From Torpedo marmorata (lineage: Eukaryota): a stretch of 64,000 nucleotides of DNA. The stretch lies in the NCBI GenBank assembly GCA_977017645.1, contig OZ360220.1:48794001-48858000 (forward strand). The letters run 5' to 3'. This document shows positions 61,126-64,000 of the stretch, piece after piece. Position 1 is the stretch's first letter; every line of letters begins with the position of its first letter. Both the position numbers and the translations under genes were made by a program. The notes beneath the pieces are model-generated. The model saw only the letters and a list, made by a program, of their open reading frames with translations, searched no databases and was not told the origin of the DNA.

Positions 61126-61749
61126 AATAAAAGTCAGTCTTGGCCAGTTTTACACCAGATCAACCGTCTGCAATATTACTTTGGTTTTTCCACTTTCTCC
61201 TGCAGGCCCTGACCTGCTGTTCATTTCCCACAGCTTTTCATTTCTTGTGCTTTCTCTCACTCTCTAACCTCCCCTTTAATATATCGACCTGTTGACTAAA
61301 TCATCACCTTATCCCAGCCACAATCCTGGCCTCACCCTACCAGGGACATTTATTTTGTCCCATCCATCCCTCCCCTGCGATCACAGTAGGTTTGTTGTTA
61401 TTTTTTAATTTCAGATTTCCAGCATCTGCAGGTTTTGATATTATTTCACTAGCACAATCTAACTGGGCCAAATTTTCTGCAATATAAGTCATATAATGTG
61501 GACAATGATTAGCATTAAAGAAAACTAGAAATACTCACCAGGTTAGGCACCATCCGTGGAGAGAGGAACAGTTAATCTTTCCGTTTCTGAGTTCTGATAG
61601 AGGATAGATGTGAAACACTGTGCCAGATGGAGCCAGATCCTCTGCTGGTCCTCTTGTATGCCTTTGGCCTTCACACCTATGCACCTGACCTCCTGCTCTG
61701 CCACTGGATTCATCACCAGCCCCAATACATAAGAACATAAGACATAGGA

Positions 61750-64000
61750 GAAGAAGTTTAAACAAGTTTGGCAAGGGGATGGGAACCAGAATGATAGGGC
61801 AGAGAATAGAGCAGATGATTGGGAAGGTTAATGCAATGTGTGGTGATTTTCTGAGGAAGAACAGGCAGTGGAGGGAGCATAAACGTCGTCAGTTGGAGGG
61901 ATTAAAATATGTTTAATTCAATGGAAGAATTATTAGGAATAAGGGAGATGAACTTAGTGCATGGATCAGTACATGGAATTACAAGGTTGTGGCCGTTACA
62001 GAGAATTGGCTGGTGCAAAGACAGGATTGGCTGATGCAGGTACTGGGGTATTGATGTTTTAAAAGGGATAGGATTGGGGGGAGGTGGGGGTGGGCTAAAA
62101 GAGGGCAGTGGAGTAGCATTACTAATCATGGATAGTATACCAGCTGCAGAAAGGGAGGACGCTGTGGAGGGATTGTCCACTGAGTCACTGTGGGTGGAAG
62201 TCAGAACCAGGAAGGGAGCAATCAATCTTTTGAGAATAGTCTATAGGCCCCCAAATAGCCCTTGGGAGACTGAGGACCTAATAAGTAGACAGATTTTCGA
62301 ATGTTGCGGAAATAACAGGGTTGTTGTTATGGGAGACTTCAATTTCCCAATTATGGACTGGCACCTCCTTACTGAAAGAGGGATAGATGATGTAGAAATT
62401 GTCAGGTGTGTCCAAGAAGGATTCCTGACACAGTATGTGGACCATCAGACTAGAGGAGAGGCCATCCTGGATCTAGTACCGGTTAATGAACCTGATCAGT
62501 TGACAGACCTCTCAGTGGGGGAGTTTTTCGGTGAAAGTGACCACAACTCCCTGACCTTTAGCATAGCTATGTACAAGATTAGGAGTAGACAAAATGTTAA
62601 AGTGTTTAATTGGGAAGGGACAATTATGATGGGATGAGGCAGGAATTAGGGAGAGTAAATTGGAAGCAGATGTTCTCAGGGAAAAGCATAGAAGGAACGT
62701 GAAGTATGTTTAGGGACCACTTGTGAGGGGTACTAGATAGGCTTGTCCCACTGAGACAGGGAAACGTTGGTAGGATAAGAAAGCCGTGGTTAACACAAGA
62801 AGTGAGACAGCTAGTTAAGAGGAACAAGGAAGCATGCAGAAGGTTTAGGAAGCAAAAGACAAGAAGAGCTCATGAAAATTATATGGTAGCCAGGAAGGAA
62901 CTTAAGAAAGGACTTAAATGCTAGAAGGGGGCACAAGAAGACCTTGACAAGTAGGATTAAGGAAACCTCTAAGGCGTTCTATACATACGTGAAGAATAAA
63001 AGGATGATGAGAGTGAAAGTTGGGCCACTTAAGGATAAAGGAGGCAACATGTGCTTGGAGGTGGAGGATGGTGAGGTCATAAATGAATGCTTTGCTTCAG
63101 TGCTTACCAGAGAGAGGTACCTTGGTAAATGTGAGGACAGTATAGAACAAGCTTAGGTGCTGGAACATATTGAGGTTAAGACAGAGGAAGTGCTAGATCT
63201 TCGTAAAAACGTTAGGATTTATAAGACCCCGGAATCGGACGAGATATACTCAAACTTCACTCCATCGAGGACAGCTACATGAGGCGGTGTCTTTAAAAAG
63301 CAGCCTCTATCCTCAAAGACCCCCACCACCCAGGCCATGCCCTCTTCACTCTGCTTCCATCGGGAAAAAGGTACAGGAGCCTAAAGACGAGCACTCAACA
63401 GCACAAGGACAGCTTCTTCCCCGCTGCCATCAGATTCCTGAATAATCAATGAACCAAAGACACTGCCTTACTTTTCGTGCACTATTATTTATAATTTTTA
63501 TAGTAATATCGTAAGATGGTTAATATGAATGTTAATTGCACTATGATGCTGCCGCAAAACACCGAATTTCCTGACTTGTTCATAACAATAAATTTTGATT
63601 CCGATTCTGATTCTGAGATTGATGCAGGAAGCGAGGAAAGAGATTGCTGTGCGTTGGCAATGATCTTTGCATCCTCCCTGGCTACAGGGGAGGTACTGGT
63701 AGATTGGAGAATAAAAAATGTGGTCTCCTTGTTTAAAAAAAGGTAATAGAGAGAATCCTGGGAATTATAGACCAGTGAGTCTTACATCAGTGGTGGGAAA
63801 ACTATTGGAGAGGATTCTTAGGGGCAGGATTTATGAGTATTTAGAGTATTTAGGGATAGTCAGCATGGCTTTGTCAGGGGCAGGTCATGGCTCACTAGCC
63901 CGATTGAGTTTTTGAGGAAGTCACAAAATAAATAGATGGCGATAGGAAGGTAGATGTGGTGTATATGGATTTTAGTAAGGCATTTGAAAGTCATGAGGCA
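61750..64000 (+). mobile_element. Decayed CR1 (ORF1 end, endonuclease, start of RT), runs off the window; interrupted by Rex1
   Basis: ORF 62074-62637 (YRPP, GDFN, SDH) and 63718-63915 (NYRPVSLTS). Confidence 0.88.
63252..63616 (+). mobile_element. Rex1/Babar 3' fragment, (TTCTGA)n tail
   Basis: Reverse complement nearly identical to 43354-43720 and 48025-48390. Confidence 0.92.

Noticed and set aside
61530-61600. Minus-strand splice donor (ACTCACC) marking an exon
   Set aside because: It is part of a diverged PLE terminal block (AAATACTCAGCAGGTCAGGCAGCATC-like).

Overview
This is eukaryotic, vertebrate-type, repeat-dominated DNA. It is probably from a cartilaginous fish, inferred from HE1/V-SINE-type SINEs and the mix of esterase-ORF1 CR1, Rex1/Babar, Penelope and Chapaev elements. 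It contains one 131-nt assembly gap (33847-33977). No host protein-coding gene, rRNA, tRNA gene or CRISPR array can be supported, and every recognisable ORF is transposon-derived. Main contents: (1) two near-full-length CR1 LINEs with zinc-finger/SGNH-esterase ORF1, plus many 3' CR1 fragments; (2) several Rex1/Babar subfamilies; (3) an AT-rich L1-clade family and a Tx1-like family; (4) two Gypsy LTR elements with both LTRs, PBS, PPT and TSD, one Gmr1-like (PR-INT-RT-RH order), both lacking the RT core; (5) two solo LTRs; (6) Tc1/mariner-pogo, hAT and Chapaev-type non-autonomous DNA transposons; (7) V-SINEs; (8) many Penelope-like (PLE) remnants carrying minimal hammerhead-ribozyme-like cores. 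The most notable structures are the hammerhead-centred palindromic PLE mini-elements, a GC-rich TcMar-type MITE with a ~155-bp internal hairpin and YY1/splice motifs, and several multi-layer nested insertions with resolvable TSDs. A few weak candidate host exons are flagged at low confidence. I found no system I can claim as new. All coordinates were read by eye and may be off by a few bases.
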